This document shows positions 1 through 10,577 of a stretch of 64,000 nt of DNA, piece after piece. The stretch covers positions 30,169 through 94,168 of the forward strand of contig JAMCXB010000011.1 in the NCBI GenBank assembly GCA_023480735.1. Direction: 5' to 3'. A program made the translations under genes and the position numbers. The stretch comes from Bacteroidota bacterium (GTDB lineage: Bacteria; Bacteroidota; Ignavibacteria; Kryptoniales; JAKASW01). Positions within the stretch are counted from its first letter, which is position 1. Every line of letters starts with the position of its first letter. The notes under the pieces are model-generated. The model was not told the origin of the DNA. It did not search any database and saw nothing but the letters and a program-made list of their open reading frames with translations.

Positions 1-209
1 AGGCGATGGTCAAGGTGATCCGCTCGGAACCGGTGATGACGATTTGCGACCCGGCGAGCCTCGATATTTTCTGGCTGAAGGACGACAGTCTGGAAGACTC
101 AGCCAATCTTCCCGATTTGGATATCATTGCGCAGGACATTGCAGAGAATCTTGAGGCGGCGCTGGAGCAGTTCAGGAGTGTGAGGGAAGAGCTGGGGAAT
201 GGGAAGTGA
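1..209 (+). CDS. C-terminal fragment of a type I restriction-modification methyltransferase (HsdM-like), truncated by the window edge
   Basis: The frame is open from the window start to the stop at 207-209. The tail 'LDIFWLKDDSLEDSANLPDLDIIAQDIAENLEAALEQF' resembles the conserved HsdM C-terminal segment. Confidence 0.5.
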   Translation, partial: AMVKVIRSEPVMTICDPASLDIFWLKDDSLEDSANLPDLDIIAQDIAENLEAALEQFRSVREELGNGK

Positions 210-339
210 AGCATTTCGGATTGAAGCACTCGCAGATGCCGGGAAGTGGAACGACGATATGCCCACACCTGCTCGCTCCGTAACGGAATCCTGACCTTGC
301 GTCGGTAGCCAACAGTGGCTGGTCATTTCAATTTGTTCT

Positions 340-864
340 CTATCGTAAATACTTCTCTCTTATCACCCCCATATGGTGCACCTCGTGACCGGCGATGTGA
401 TACGCCAGAGCCCTGACCGTAAACCTGTTCCTGTTAGCGATCCCTCCTCTAAGGAATGCGTCATCTGGAAAGCCGTTCAGCATCGCAATCGTCGAATTGC
501 GGACAGCTTCATACTCGTCAAAGATATTCGAAATGTCCCTCTCGTTTGCGCCCGAGAATTTTGTATAGTCGTCCTGCTCAAAACCGGGGAGCTCTTTCTT
601 CTCATTTCTGGCAATACACAATGCACGATAGGCGTATATCCGCTCATCATCTACGATATGCACGAGTATTTCCTTAATTGTCCATTTCCCCTGAGCGTAT
701 CTGTAAAGCAGTTTGTCCGTCGGCAGAGAGAGGATCAGGCTTCTGACGGACTCGAAGTTCTCCAGCAGATGTTTCAGAAGAAGACCGTCATTCGGTAGAG
801 GGGTGATATACATGTCATCGTAGGGAGGGAATTCCCCGGCTATCGGTTTTTCGATTTGCCTCAT
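340..864 (-). CDS. DinB-family (DinB/YfiT-like) metal-dependent protein
   Basis: 174-aa ORF with the His pattern typical of the DinB four-helix family ('WTIKEILVHIVDDE', 'HIAGHEVHHMGVI'). Confidence 0.65.
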   Translation of the reverse strand: MRQIEKPIAGEFPPYDDMYITPLPNDGLLLKHLLENFESVRSLILSLPTDKLLYRYAQGKWTIKEILVHIVDDERIYAYRALCIARNEKKELPGFEQDDYTKFSGANERDISNIFDEYEAVRNSTIAMLNGFPDDAFLRGGIANRNRFTVRALAYHIAGHEVHHMGVIREKYLR

Positions 865-930
865 CGAAATAATTCTCCTTTCATTCCTAATTTAATCAAA
901 ACAACTTTCTCGTTTCTAACTCCAAATCGG

Positions 931-1080
931 AAACAGGAGACGGGAGGCGGGGGCAGGAAGCGATAAAGAGCGAGGATAAGAGAGGATGAGACAAGAAGCA
1001 AGAAGTCGGATGTCAGAGGCGGAAAGCGAGAGATCAGAAGCCAGAAGGAGGATGCAAGAGGCTGGATACAAGAAGAATGA
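931..1080 (+). repeat. Polypurine (A/G-rich) low-complexity tract
   Basis: About 150 nt of almost pure purine on the + strand (ggaaacaggagacgggaggcgggggcaggaagcgataaagagcgaggataagagagg...). The ORF 986-1309 it creates is low-complexity E/R/K/S. Confidence 0.5.
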
Positions 1081-1760
1081 AAACAGGATTCACGACAAAG
1101 GACCTAAGTACTACAAGACTACCATGAGTCTGTTGAAGCACAGAACACCGGACCGTGAACCAAGAACCTGCGAAGGGATATTTATCACCCAACGACACGA
1201 CTGCTCGTTGAGATCGACGATAAGTTGTTCGCATCGTGCAGCAATTGTCTCCAGCGCATCCTCGGCGTCCGGCGGATTCTTAGGATGGGAATCCCTTATG
1301 AGGCCTTAGAGTAACTCTCTCTCGTGACTTGTCCTCAAGATTCTTGAGCAGCCTCTGAAGTTGTCCAGCATCCATGACTCATGCTTCCGCTCCTGGAACT
1401 TCCTGATCGAGAATAAAAAGCCCGGGGAGCTTAGCTTCTGAGCCTAACCATGGTAGTAAGGTTGTTGATGCGCAGTTTGCTTTTCAACGGTTGAACTCGT
1501 AAAATCTTGACGGAAGACACAACAAACAGGTGCGTTGTCTTAAGAGATGCAGAGTGAACAACGATAGTCATAATTTAAACGAGTCTTTTCGCCTGATAAT
1601 CCCAGATGGCAGTTCATGTGCCTTGGGGTAGGCAGTAATAGAAGAGATCAAGAAGGTGCTTCCTGGCAATCCAGGCGTTATGCCGTTGAGAGATTGGCCG
1701 CGTAATAACGTATACATGAATGTCCTCACACCCATTTGTCGTTCTGAAAGGAGATGCCCT

Positions 1761-4133
1761 TTGACAAGAAGACTACACGCGTCTGTACTGAAATACGTCG
1801 TGGTTGCGATTATCGTCTGTGCCGGAATCGCTGACGCCCAGATGGTTAACCCATCAATAGACAACCCCAACGAGCCGTTTTCATACTTCAGTAAGCCGAC
1901 CGATGTAATTGGAGTGATGGACGGCAAGTGGGGGACGGAGGTGACGCCGAAAGGCTACCTGTATACGGGCTATGGCGAACTCATGTTTTTCACCGGAGAT
2001 CCGCCCGAACCTGTCAATCACAGAGTGAAGACGCTTCTCGACGGCTATTTGCCGGTAATATCGTACCGTTTTCAGAGAAGGGGTGTGGAGTATACAGTGA
2101 CTGCATTTGCGGCGACACTCGACGGCAACCCCGAAAGCCCGTTAATGAATTTTATCCGCGTAAAAATGAAGGATGTGGTAGAGCATCAGCGCGCCGCGTT
2201 TTTCGGAGTAGGAATCAGATATCAGGGGAATTCCAACATGGAAGGGGGAACGGCAGATCATTGTTTCATTCGCCCGATCAAAAGGGCTTATTTAGGAGGC
2301 CGTGAGCAAGCTGGTGTTGTATTTAATCCCGATTGGAAATATGGATTTGCGGGCGACACGTTCCTGCGTGAGGACAGCGTAATGTATGTCTTCCCGGATC
2401 ATCCATCGCCGAATCGGATGATGACTCTGGAAACCCTGTACAACTATCCGCAAAACCTCAAACCACGTAGGATGCTGGTGCTCCCGACAACCCCGGTCGG
2501 GATTGTTAACTATATGGTAATCTTGAAACCCGGACAGGAACGGATCCTTGACTTCAAGATGCCGTACACTCCTATACCGGCCGGGAGCCCGCTTGTAAAG
2601 GAGTTACGCGACGCGAGGTTCGACGACTATTTGAACAGGACTGTGACTTTCTGGCAGGATATTCTCTCGCAGGGAATCGACATTGGTGTGCCGGAGCCAA
2701 AGGTGGTCAATACATTTAAGACAAGCCTTGTCTATGATCTGATCGCCCGCAACAAGGAAGACGGCTACTACATTCAAAAGGTGAACGACTTCCAGTATCA
2801 TGCATTCTGGCTGCGCGACGCTTCTTTCATTACGCGGATGTACATACTCTCGGGGTACTTCAACATCGCACACCAGTGTCTCGATTTCTTCCCGCGCTGG
2901 CAGCAGCCCGACGGAAATTTCGTTTCGCAGGGCGGGCAGTTTGATGGATGGGGGCAGACGATGTGGATATATGGACAATACTACAGGTTCACGCACGACA
3001 ATGAATTTGCAGAGAAAGTTTATCCGTCGATATTGAAAGCCTTCGATTGGCTGGTTAAGGCTCGCGCATCGGACCCGCTTCATCTTATGCCGGAGACATC
3101 TCCCGGCGACAATGAAAACATCGAGGGACACATTACGGGACACAACTTCTGGGCGCTCGACGGGTTGAAAAATATGATTGCGGTTGCCGAAGGGCTCGGC
3201 GAGACGAATGATGCTGAAAAGTTTCAACGAGAGTACACCGATTTCTATGGGACCCTCATGAAGCGTCTGAAAGTCGTAACGGCGAAAACAGGTGGTTACA
3301 TTCCACCGGGGCTTGACGAAGCGAGGTATCCCGGACAGGATTGGGGAAACATGCTTACGCTGTATCCTGAAATGCTGTTCCCTCCGTTTAACCGGATGGT
3401 AACTGCGACTCTCGATTCGACCCGCGCCAAGTACAGGGAAGGGATCATGACGTATGGCAATGGCAAGTTCCTTCACGATTATCTCACAATACGGAATACC
3501 CAGGATGAACTGGTTCGCAACGAACAGGAGACGGCTTTGAAGGAATTCTACGCATTGCTCCTCCATACGAGCTCCACCAACGCCGGATTCGAGTTCGCGA
3601 TCCATCCGTGGGGGACGAGGGAATATGACGGCAATTTGGCGCCGCACGGATGGTATGCAGCCGAGATCCGTACACTCATAAGAAACATGATGGTACGCGA
3701 ACAGTCCGCAGGATCCCGACTGACGTCTGGACAGGGAGACCTCCATTTGCTTTCGTGTATCTCTCCTGATTGGGTGCGTGATGGCAAGGAAATATCCGTG
3801 CGCCGGGCCCCGACATATTTCGGCGAGGTGAATTTCGTCCTGGCTTTCAAGAAAGGCGGCGCGACTCTGACACTGAGCAACCATTTCACGACCGATCCGA
3901 AGCATTTGGTTCTCCACCTGCCGTGGTTCATGGAAGTGAAATCGGTAATGGCTGACGGGAAGGAGCTGAAGGTCAGCCATTCAGAGGTATATTTGCCTGT
4001 CGACTCCAGGAACGTTCAGATTGCCTGGGCATGGAAGTCCGGCAGACCAGCGCTGAGCTATGAAAATGCCGTCAAGAATTACGAAAGGAAATACAGGGAG
4101 AAGTACGAAGTGTTCCTGGAAACGGGGAAGTAG
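1761..4133 (+). CDS. Secreted (alpha/alpha)6-type glycosidase-like protein, family unresolved
   Basis: Long ORF 1656-4133. An in-frame TTG at 1761 follows GAAAGGAGA and gives a signal-peptide-like start (LKYVVVAIIVCAGIADAQ). 'YHAFWLRDASF' resembles the W-x-R-D region of GH15/GH63-like six-hairpin glycosidases. Confidence 0.5.
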   Translation: MTRRLHASVLKYVVVAIIVCAGIADAQMVNPSIDNPNEPFSYFSKPTDVIGVMDGKWGTEVTPKGYLYTGYGELMFFTGDPPEPVNHRVKTLLDGYLPVISYRFQRRGVEYTVTAFAATLDGNPESPLMNFIRVKMKDVVEHQRAAFFGVGIRYQGNSNMEGGTADHCFIRPIKRAYLGGREQAGVVFNPDWKYGFAGDTFLREDSVMYVFPDHPSPNRMMTLETLYNYPQNLKPRRMLVLPTTPVGIVNYMVILKPGQERILDFKMPYTPIPAGSPLVKELRDARFDDYLNRTVTFWQDILSQGIDIGVPEPKVVNTFKTSLVYDLIARNKEDGYYIQKVNDFQYHAFWLRDASFITRMYILSGYFNIAHQCLDFFPRWQQPDGNFVSQGGQFDGWGQTMWIYGQYYRFTHDNEFAEKVYPSILKAFDWLVKARASDPLHLMPETSPGDNENIEGHITGHNFWALDGLKNMIAVAEGLGETNDAEKFQREYTDFYGTLMKRLKVVTAKTGGYIPPGLDEARYPGQDWGNMLTLYPEMLFPPFNRMVTATLDSTRAKYREGIMTYGNGKFLHDYLTIRNTQDELVRNEQETALKEFYALLLHTSSTNAGFEFAIHPWGTREYDGNLAPHGWYAAEIRTLIRNMMVREQSAGSRLTSGQGDLHLLSCISPDWVRDGKEISVRRAPTYFGEVNFVLAFKKGGATLTLSNHFTTDPKHLVLHLPWFMEVKSVMADGKELKVSHSEVYLPVDSRNVQIAWAWKSGRPALSYENAVKNYERKYREKYEVFLETGK

Positions 4134-4411
4134 GCAGATTGAAGTCACGCTCCATGAACTTTCGCTCCTTGAGTCATTGCTCCGGCTGCAAAGTGTCATT
4201 TGCGCTTCCGAACGGCCTTGGATACATGTCAGCATAGAGAGAAGGGTTTCGGAATGTGATTTGAGCACGAGGTAGACGGAGGCGCTTTTTATAGGAGCTG
4301 CATCAGCCGCAGTCCCGCGCTTCATGCAATAAATGACCGGACATGTAACTTCACTAAAGGGAAATACGGATTAGTGCTATGATACGTTGAGTGCCCGGCG
4401 CTCTGCGAGGC

Positions 4412-5191
4412 TTACAAAATTTCAGCTGCGGAATCGGCGTCAAGGAACAGCGCAGCATTTTCATGCCGCCTCAGGATAGAGGCGGGACATCTCGTGCTTA
4501 TCTCGCCCTTTATGGTACGACGGACCGCTTCCGCCTTGGTTGCCGCCGGGACGACAGTGCACATGAAACGCGCCGAGAAGAGGCTGGGAATCGTCAAAGT
4601 TATGGCCTGTTTTGGCACTTCCGTTACCGAAGAAAAGCAGCCGTCGTTTACCTGCTGTTGTCTGGACCTGTTGTCGAGGTTGACAACCTTTACCCTTTGC
4701 GGGTCGTTGAAGTCGGCTGCGTCCGGATCGTTGAATGCGATATGACCGTTCTCGCCTATCCCGAGGCAGACTATGTCGATCGCGGCTTCCCCGAGGAGAG
4801 CAGAATATCTTTCGCACTCTTCACTTGGACTGTTGGGGTTGGGATTTATATAATGAACCCTCCCGAAATTCACCTTCGAGAAGATCTTTCGATTCAGGAA
4901 GGTTCCGAACGATTGTTCGGCGCCTTTCTTGAGGCCGACATATTCGTCCATATGGAAGGCCGTGACTCTCGACCAGTCTATCCCCTTGGCCGATGCAAGC
5001 TCCTCCAACAATTCGTTTTGAGATGGCGCGGCGGCGAATATCATCCTGACGTTTTCCTGGTCGGATAGAAGCTTCTTCAGGCGTTCGACGACTACCGATG
5101 CAGCTCGCGCACCCATCTCTTTGCGGTTTCTGTAAACCTCCACATTTAACTTGTCAATTCTAAGAGTCGATATAGCGTCGCTTGAACTCAA
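4412..5191 (-). CDS. nagB: Glucosamine-6-phosphate deaminase
   Basis: 259 aa with 'RMIFAAAPSQNELLEEL' and 'GIGENGHIAFNDP', both classic NagB/6-phosphogluconolactonase-fold motifs. Confidence 0.85.
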   Translation of the reverse strand: MSSSDAISTLRIDKLNVEVYRNRKEMGARAASVVVERLKKLLSDQENVRMIFAAAPSQNELLEELASAKGIDWSRVTAFHMDEYVGLKKGAEQSFGTFLNRKIFSKVNFGRVHYINPNPNSPSEECERYSALLGEAAIDIVCLGIGENGHIAFNDPDAADFNDPQRVKVVNLDNRSRQQQVNDGCFSSVTEVPKQAITLTIPSLFSARFMCTVVPAATKAEAVRRTIKGEISTRCPASILRRHENAALFLDADSAAEIL

Positions 5192-5238
5192 TTTTCTTCT
5201 CTCCAGTTTTTGGATTGATTTGTTATTCCCGCGGTTGT

Positions 5239-6591
5239 TCAGATGGAGCGTCCCTTGACGAATACTCTGTCGATTTTCACCCGTCGCTCGCCCCTGGTTT
5301 CCCCGATATCGGCAATCACTAAATCGGCACTTTTGCCTGTTTCGATACTTCCGGTACAGTCTCTCAGGTTATTCGCGCCGCTTGTTGCTTTCGGTTCGAA
5401 TATTCCGATAACTTTAGCCGGGTTCTTGCTGCACACGTCGGACGACTTCAACAATGCTTCTTCGAAACTTAGCGGCGCATGCAGCCTGTACCAGATTCCT
5501 TCAATAGGTTCGGTCAGCCAGTTCAGGATGTTTGAAAAAGCCGTATCCATCGTCAGCGTGCTTCCGAAGAGTGCATTCCCCCTGTCTGCAATCTGTAGAT
5601 ACTGACCGTTTGAGCTGACCCTTCCTTCAACGCCCAGTATGGAAAACGTCTGAAGCCCGTCAAGCAATGTGGGAAACATGCTGTCAGTAATCACAACGAC
5701 GTCGTCAAAACCTTTTCGCTTTATAGTGTCCATCACATAAGATTTGTCCACGTGGTAACCGTCGGCAATTATTTCAGTGCACACGTCGTCAGCCCGCAGC
5801 ACGCTCTCCACCGCTCCGCCGCCGTCAAATGGTTTTGTCGACGATCCGGTCGGCCCGTTGAGGAAATGGGTGGCAAGCCGCGTCCCGTTTGCCACCGCCT
5901 GAGAGTATTGAACTCCCGTAGCGCCCGAATGGCCCGCAGCACACACGATACCTTTTGAAGTCAGATATTTTATCAGGTCGAGTGCCGGCGTTCCCCATTC
6001 GGGAACGACGTTGACTATCCTGATGAGGCCGCCCGCTGCTCTTTGAAGTTCATCGAATAATTCCCTCGAAGGCTCATTGAAATAATCGGGGTTATGCGCA
6101 CCACGATACTCGACCTGTTTCATGAAGGTACCTTCGACATAGATCCCGGCAAGTATCTCGCTCCACGCCTGTCTGCGGGTATCATTTCTATATGTATTTA
6201 CATAACGAAAGACTCTAAGGAGGTCGGAAACCGGTGAAGCCAGGCTGGTCAGAACCGCACGCGTGACGCCCGTACCGGCATATTTCTTCAGCGCGTTGTC
6301 GAGGCCGTTCAGGTAGGTCTCTTCGCTTGATAAGAAATTACCGCTTTCAGCATCATAGACCCCCTTGGTCAGATCAAACCCTCCGATCCCGTTTGTGTGA
6401 ATGTCAATAAACCCGGGAAGCACATATTTTCCTTCGGCGTCAATTACGGCAGAGGATTCACCGGCAGGAATCCGACGACCTATGCGTGCAATTACTCCGT
6501 TACTCAATTCAATATCTGTCACCGTTAGCCCATCCGGAAGAAGGGCCGAACCATCCTTTATCACTATCTTCTCACACATCTCTATATCCAA
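5239..6591 (-). CDS. N-acetylglucosamine-6-phosphate deacetylase-like amidohydrolase
   Basis: 450 aa. 'PGFIDIHTNGIGGFD' is a metal-binding HxH-type amidohydrolase start as in NagA. It is adjacent to nagB and longer than a typical NagA. Confidence 0.6.
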   Translation of the reverse strand: MDIEMCEKIVIKDGSALLPDGLTVTDIELSNGVIARIGRRIPAGESSAVIDAEGKYVLPGFIDIHTNGIGGFDLTKGVYDAESGNFLSSEETYLNGLDNALKKYAGTGVTRAVLTSLASPVSDLLRVFRYVNTYRNDTRRQAWSEILAGIYVEGTFMKQVEYRGAHNPDYFNEPSRELFDELQRAAGGLIRIVNVVPEWGTPALDLIKYLTSKGIVCAAGHSGATGVQYSQAVANGTRLATHFLNGPTGSSTKPFDGGGAVESVLRADDVCTEIIADGYHVDKSYVMDTIKRKGFDDVVVITDSMFPTLLDGLQTFSILGVEGRVSSNGQYLQIADRGNALFGSTLTMDTAFSNILNWLTEPIEGIWYRLHAPLSFEEALLKSSDVCSKNPAKVIGIFEPKATSGANNLRDCTGSIETGKSADLVIADIGETRGERRVKIDRVFVKGRSI

Positions 6592-6597
6592 TTGAAA

Positions 6598-7890
6598 TTA
6601 TATTAGCTGCTTTTGCTTTAACAACTCCAAAATCAGAATCATATTTCTCAGAATATGATAGGGGTCTTTTACCGGGAGTGCAACCACTTTGTTTATCGGG
6701 TTTCCTCCTCTATCTCTGATCTGTACCCATTCTCCGGTCTTATTGTCATCGTCGGGAAAAGTGTTGAACGCATATTCGTGTGCCATGTTGTAAAGCGCAA
6801 TAAACTCCTCGTCCCTTGTAAGACTGTACGAAAGGAGTGTCGTATACAACATTTCGGAATGCGGCCACCAGAGCTTTGTGTCCCATGTATCCAATATCAG
6901 CGTCTCGTACAAATCCCCGGTTCTTTCGCCTTTAGGTTTTCCTCCATCAACATCCGCAAATCTCAGCAGACCTCCGAATTCATTGTCCCAACCCATTCTA
7001 ATCGCCGACTTTACTCCCCTCGCCGCCTTGTCGATGTAATCGACTCTGTTCTTCCTTCCGGCAAGATCCATTACAAACCACATATCTTCAATTGCGTGGC
7101 CGGGGTTAACATGCCTGCACAAAACGTTGTTGAGAATCACACCTTCAGGACCTATGGTCTCAATTACTCTACCTTCCTTATCATTATAAAACACCTCCAT
7201 TATTTCTTTCATGTAATAACAGCTATCCCTGTCGACTTCCTCACCCCTCTCGTCGCCCAGCTTCTCAAGCGTCAGCGCCAGTTCTTCGGTGACATTCAAC
7301 ATTATCATAGGGACAGAGTGAAACTTATATCCCTTCGGGATGGGATACGGCTCGCTCCGCAGGCTATTCTGCTTAACCCTTTTATCGATTTGCCTGTACG
7401 TCCGTAGGGCCAGCTCTGCATAATGTCTGTCTTCAAACACCTTTGCGTATGCCGAGAAGCCGAGTGCGATGAAACAGTCCGCATAGAAACTGGTGTCAAA
7501 TCCCTTCCCCGGGTTACTTTCTATCCAATTGCCCGTTTCATCCGTCAGGAAAACGCAATTGCCATTCTGCATGAAAACATGTTTCTCAAGAAAGCGGACC
7601 GTTCTCTCCAGATCCTCCTTGAGTTTATTCATATCAAGAGATAATACACGGCCTTCAGAGAGCTCATAAAGTTTACTCCAGACCCACACGAACCTTCCCT
7701 GGGACCAGGTATATTTGTTCCTGCTTACGAGTGTGGTCCCCGCATTGTTGAAGCAGTTGAATATCCCTCCGTTTTTCCTGTCTACGGCATTATTCCAGAA
7801 TCTGAAGAAGTTGTTTTGGATTTGATCTTTGTAAAACCGTACAAGTTCAGCGTTGTCTTTTCCTTTATCGTGCATGTTGCTTACCTCCAA
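6598..7890 (-). CDS. N-acylglucosamine 2-epimerase (AGE) family epimerase/isomerase
   Basis: 430 aa (alpha/alpha)6 protein. 'GGIFNCFNNAG', 'WSQGRFVWVW' and 'LWWPHSEMLYT' are typical of AGE-family proteins. It sits in an amino-sugar gene context. Confidence 0.7.
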   Translation of the reverse strand: MEVSNMHDKGKDNAELVRFYKDQIQNNFFRFWNNAVDRKNGGIFNCFNNAGTTLVSRNKYTWSQGRFVWVWSKLYELSEGRVLSLDMNKLKEDLERTVRFLEKHVFMQNGNCVFLTDETGNWIESNPGKGFDTSFYADCFIALGFSAYAKVFEDRHYAELALRTYRQIDKRVKQNSLRSEPYPIPKGYKFHSVPMIMLNVTEELALTLEKLGDERGEEVDRDSCYYMKEIMEVFYNDKEGRVIETIGPEGVILNNVLCRHVNPGHAIEDMWFVMDLAGRKNRVDYIDKAARGVKSAIRMGWDNEFGGLLRFADVDGGKPKGERTGDLYETLILDTWDTKLWWPHSEMLYTTLLSYSLTRDEEFIALYNMAHEYAFNTFPDDDNKTGEWVQIRDRGGNPINKVVALPVKDPYHILRNMILILELLKQKQLI

Positions 7891-7953
7891 ATAAAAACTC
7901 CACGCGCCGTGCTTCTTAGGTGACGCTTGTAAGCGGGACTCTCAGGCGCCTGA

Positions 7954-9450
7954 TCAATCAACTTTTTTACCGTTGACATTTGAGAGCGACAATCCACTAA
8001 GCAGGCGTTCAACCTCCTCCGGGACATTGCCGTTTCTGTTGATGAATCCCATCCCTAAGTACACAATTATGGATGTGAGTGTCGGCGAAGCTAGTATTAG
8101 CGCCTGGCTCCCCTCGTATCCGACCACTTTCATTATTATGAAGGTCAGAACACCCGCCACGATTGAAGCAATCGCGGCTTTAGAGCCGCTGTGTTTAAAC
8201 CTGGGCATCAATCCGAGAATCATCGGAATTGCAGTCGGGCCTACCAGCGCGCCAAACCATGTTATGATTAATCCTATGACTCCGCCGAAGTCCCGGTAAA
8301 AGGAAGTGATGATCAAGGTCATAAATACGAATGTGAACGTCGCCGTCCTTGCCAGTCGTAATTCTCTTTTAGGGTCCATTCTCTTGAACTTCCTCGACAT
8401 GAAGGGGATAATGTCCTTTGTTATAACGGCAGATATCGTATTCGCGTCGGAGGTGACCATAGACAGGGTGGCGGAAAATATGCCGGCCAGCACTAAGCCA
8501 ACAAGTCCTGCAGGGAGGAATTTCCTAACCATCAGCGCGTATGATTCGGTCGGATCGGCAAGGTGCGGCATGAACAACGGCGCAGCCCACATCGGAAAGA
8601 ACAAGATCAACGGCCAAACCAAGTATAATGTACCGGACAGAAGTCCGGATTTCCTGGCGCTTGCCGCGTTCGGAGAGGCTATGTACCTTGTGGCCAAGCT
8701 CCACGTTCCTCCATTGTAGCTGAACGCCGACATAAGCATGTATGCCAGGAAGAACGCAAATGTGTAAGGACCGCTGAATGCACTTCCATGACCCTTGGGC
8801 AGCCGATGCCACATTCCGATTATGCTCCCTGTGCCGCCCAGCTTAGTGATAACCGTTACGAACATCAGGATGCCCGCCACTATCTGGATTAAGAACTGTA
8901 CGAAATCCGTATAGAGATCTGCCCATAATCCTCCAATCGTCGTGTAGACCAACGCTATTGCAGCGGTCATTACTGCACCGGCCATTACAGGCAGGCCGGT
9001 AAAGACATTTAACAGTATTCCGATCGAAGCCCACTTTGCAGCGACATCGAACAGCTTCAGGAGCGTACCGCTGAAGGCGGTTATCAGTTGAGTCGCTACG
9101 CTGTACCTTAGCTGCAGATATTCCGTGGGTGATCCGATGTTCAATTTCTGTCTCAGCCTTGACCATCTTGGTGCTATCAGGTATGCTCCGCCGATTACGG
9201 CAACAGATATCGCTACTGCCCACCATACATATATAGTGAATCCGTACGTGTAGGCAACTCCGGCAAACGCGACAAATACAACTCCACTGTATCCGGATAC
9301 GTGATGAGATATTCCTGCCAGCCACCATGGTACTTTTCCGCCGGCCACGAAGAAGTCGTTCGAGTTCTTCACTTTCCTGGAAGAATAGAACCCTATCAGT
9401 ACCATTAGCCCGAAGAAAATGGCTATTACGACATAATCCGGGAATTTCAT
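7954..9450 (-). CDS. Sodium:solute symporter (SSS family) transporter
   Basis: 498 aa and highly hydrophobic with many TM segments. The N-terminal 'FFVAGGKVPWWLAGIS' is typical of SSS transporters. Confidence 0.8.
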   Translation of the reverse strand: MKFPDYVVIAIFFGLMVLIGFYSSRKVKNSNDFFVAGGKVPWWLAGISHHVSGYSGVVFVAFAGVAYTYGFTIYVWWAVAISVAVIGGAYLIAPRWSRLRQKLNIGSPTEYLQLRYSVATQLITAFSGTLLKLFDVAAKWASIGILLNVFTGLPVMAGAVMTAAIALVYTTIGGLWADLYTDFVQFLIQIVAGILMFVTVITKLGGTGSIIGMWHRLPKGHGSAFSGPYTFAFFLAYMLMSAFSYNGGTWSLATRYIASPNAASARKSGLLSGTLYLVWPLILFFPMWAAPLFMPHLADPTESYALMVRKFLPAGLVGLVLAGIFSATLSMVTSDANTISAVITKDIIPFMSRKFKRMDPKRELRLARTATFTFVFMTLIITSFYRDFGGVIGLIITWFGALVGPTAIPMILGLMPRFKHSGSKAAIASIVAGVLTFIIMKVVGYEGSQALILASPTLTSIIVYLGMGFINRNGNVPEEVERLLSGLSLSNVNGKKVD

Positions 9451-9607
9451 CTTCCTGCATCCATTCGTTCGTCACGAAACATGAACTTCAAACGGCCAGT
9501 CAATGATATGGAAATACTCGTCGGTGAAGTATCGGGCTGCCTCGTCCTTTGGGTGGTCACATGCAGGGCCGGGTACGAAACTCGCGGTTCAAACCCGATA
9601 TAAAAGG

Positions 9608-10306
9608 TCATCTGAATTCAACTTCTCCGAAGAATTCCGGCAGGTGAAAATTAGGGGTCGGGGAATTTATAGGCACCCAACTCATCCAGTGAGGATGTGA
9701 GTTGTTTTCTGCGCATTTGTAAAAGTTGGCTCTCCATTTCGTCCCGGGATCCGGTGACCGCATCGAGGAATAGCTTTTCAAGATTTCAAATGGTAACGCG
9801 ATTTCGAGGAACCAGATGACCGGCTCTTCGATCTCTCTCTCGATGATGCCGGGTAAAGAATGGCACACCATTATCTTATTTACATCTTCTTTTCTCGCGT
9901 GAACCACTTCGGTCTTCGGACCATTCCGATGACCCAATTTGATTGTTCCGCCACAATTTATTTCCAGGTTGAAGTAACCACGCGGAATGTTCTCGGTGGG
10001 TGAAAAGAAGAACTCAACGCACGCGTCCTTATGGACTTCTCCGTTTACGCTCGTTGTCAGGCATCGGACGAAACTGTCTTCCACGCGGTATATCAGATAA
10101 ACATATTTGTCGTTGTAGCAAAGCTTGACAGTGGTCTCCGGCTTAAACATCATGGGCCAGCTGTTGCTCCGGATGATTCTTAGAGGCTCCACTGCCGTCC
10201 ATTCTTCCTTCGACCAATTGCAGTCGATCGGCAATTCATGGTCAATCTTTCTGAGTTTGTAGACGAATGCGTTGTCATGGATCTCTGATGAAATAGACGG
10301 ACTCAA
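9608..10306 (-). CDS. Carbohydrate-binding family 9-like (DOMON-like) protein
   Basis: 232 aa with 'LCYNDKYVYLIYRVED', 'ACVEFFFSP' and 'KWRANFYKC', a pattern I associate with CBM9-like domains. It is in the sugar-utilisation context. Confidence 0.45.
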   Translation of the reverse strand: MSPSISSEIHDNAFVYKLRKIDHELPIDCNWSKEEWTAVEPLRIIRSNSWPMMFKPETTVKLCYNDKYVYLIYRVEDSFVRCLTTSVNGEVHKDACVEFFFSPTENIPRGYFNLEINCGGTIKLGHRNGPKTEVVHARKEDVNKIMVCHSLPGIIEREIEEPVIWFLEIALPFEILKSYSSMRSPDPGTKWRANFYKCAENNSHPHWMSWVPINSPTPNFHLPEFFGEVEFR

Positions 10307-10577
10307 ACTTGTGACACTCCTTTCTCATTGTGCAAGTCGGAAAACCGTATGCGGGTCCGTATTCCCAACTCACGTCGAGCGCGTTGGGGTTGAAGAACTT
10401 CAGTAATGTAAGATAATAGGATGATCTCCGCTCACCGGATGAGTGGCGTCTATCTCACCCTCGTGCTTCTTTGAACTATTTATATTAGGTGCTTGACAAA
10501 TGCCGTTCAAGAGGCTACCTTGTTGCAAACGCTGAAATAAGTAAAGCTTAACTATCGTCTATTTTTGAAGGATAAGT

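Noticed and set aside
986-1309. 107-aa ORF over the polypurine tract
   Set aside because: The product (MRQEARSRMSEAESERSEARRRMQEAGYKKNEN...) just reflects the purine-only DNA. It has no RBS or domain signal.
2604-3980. 458-aa antisense ORF (plus other long shadow ORFs such as 373-798, 8843-9475, 11336-11797, 42210-43081, 51507-52350)
   Set aside because: They lie entirely inside, and opposite to or out of frame with, ORFs that have clear family motifs. Their translations are Arg/Ser/Pro-rich, as is typical of non-coding frames.
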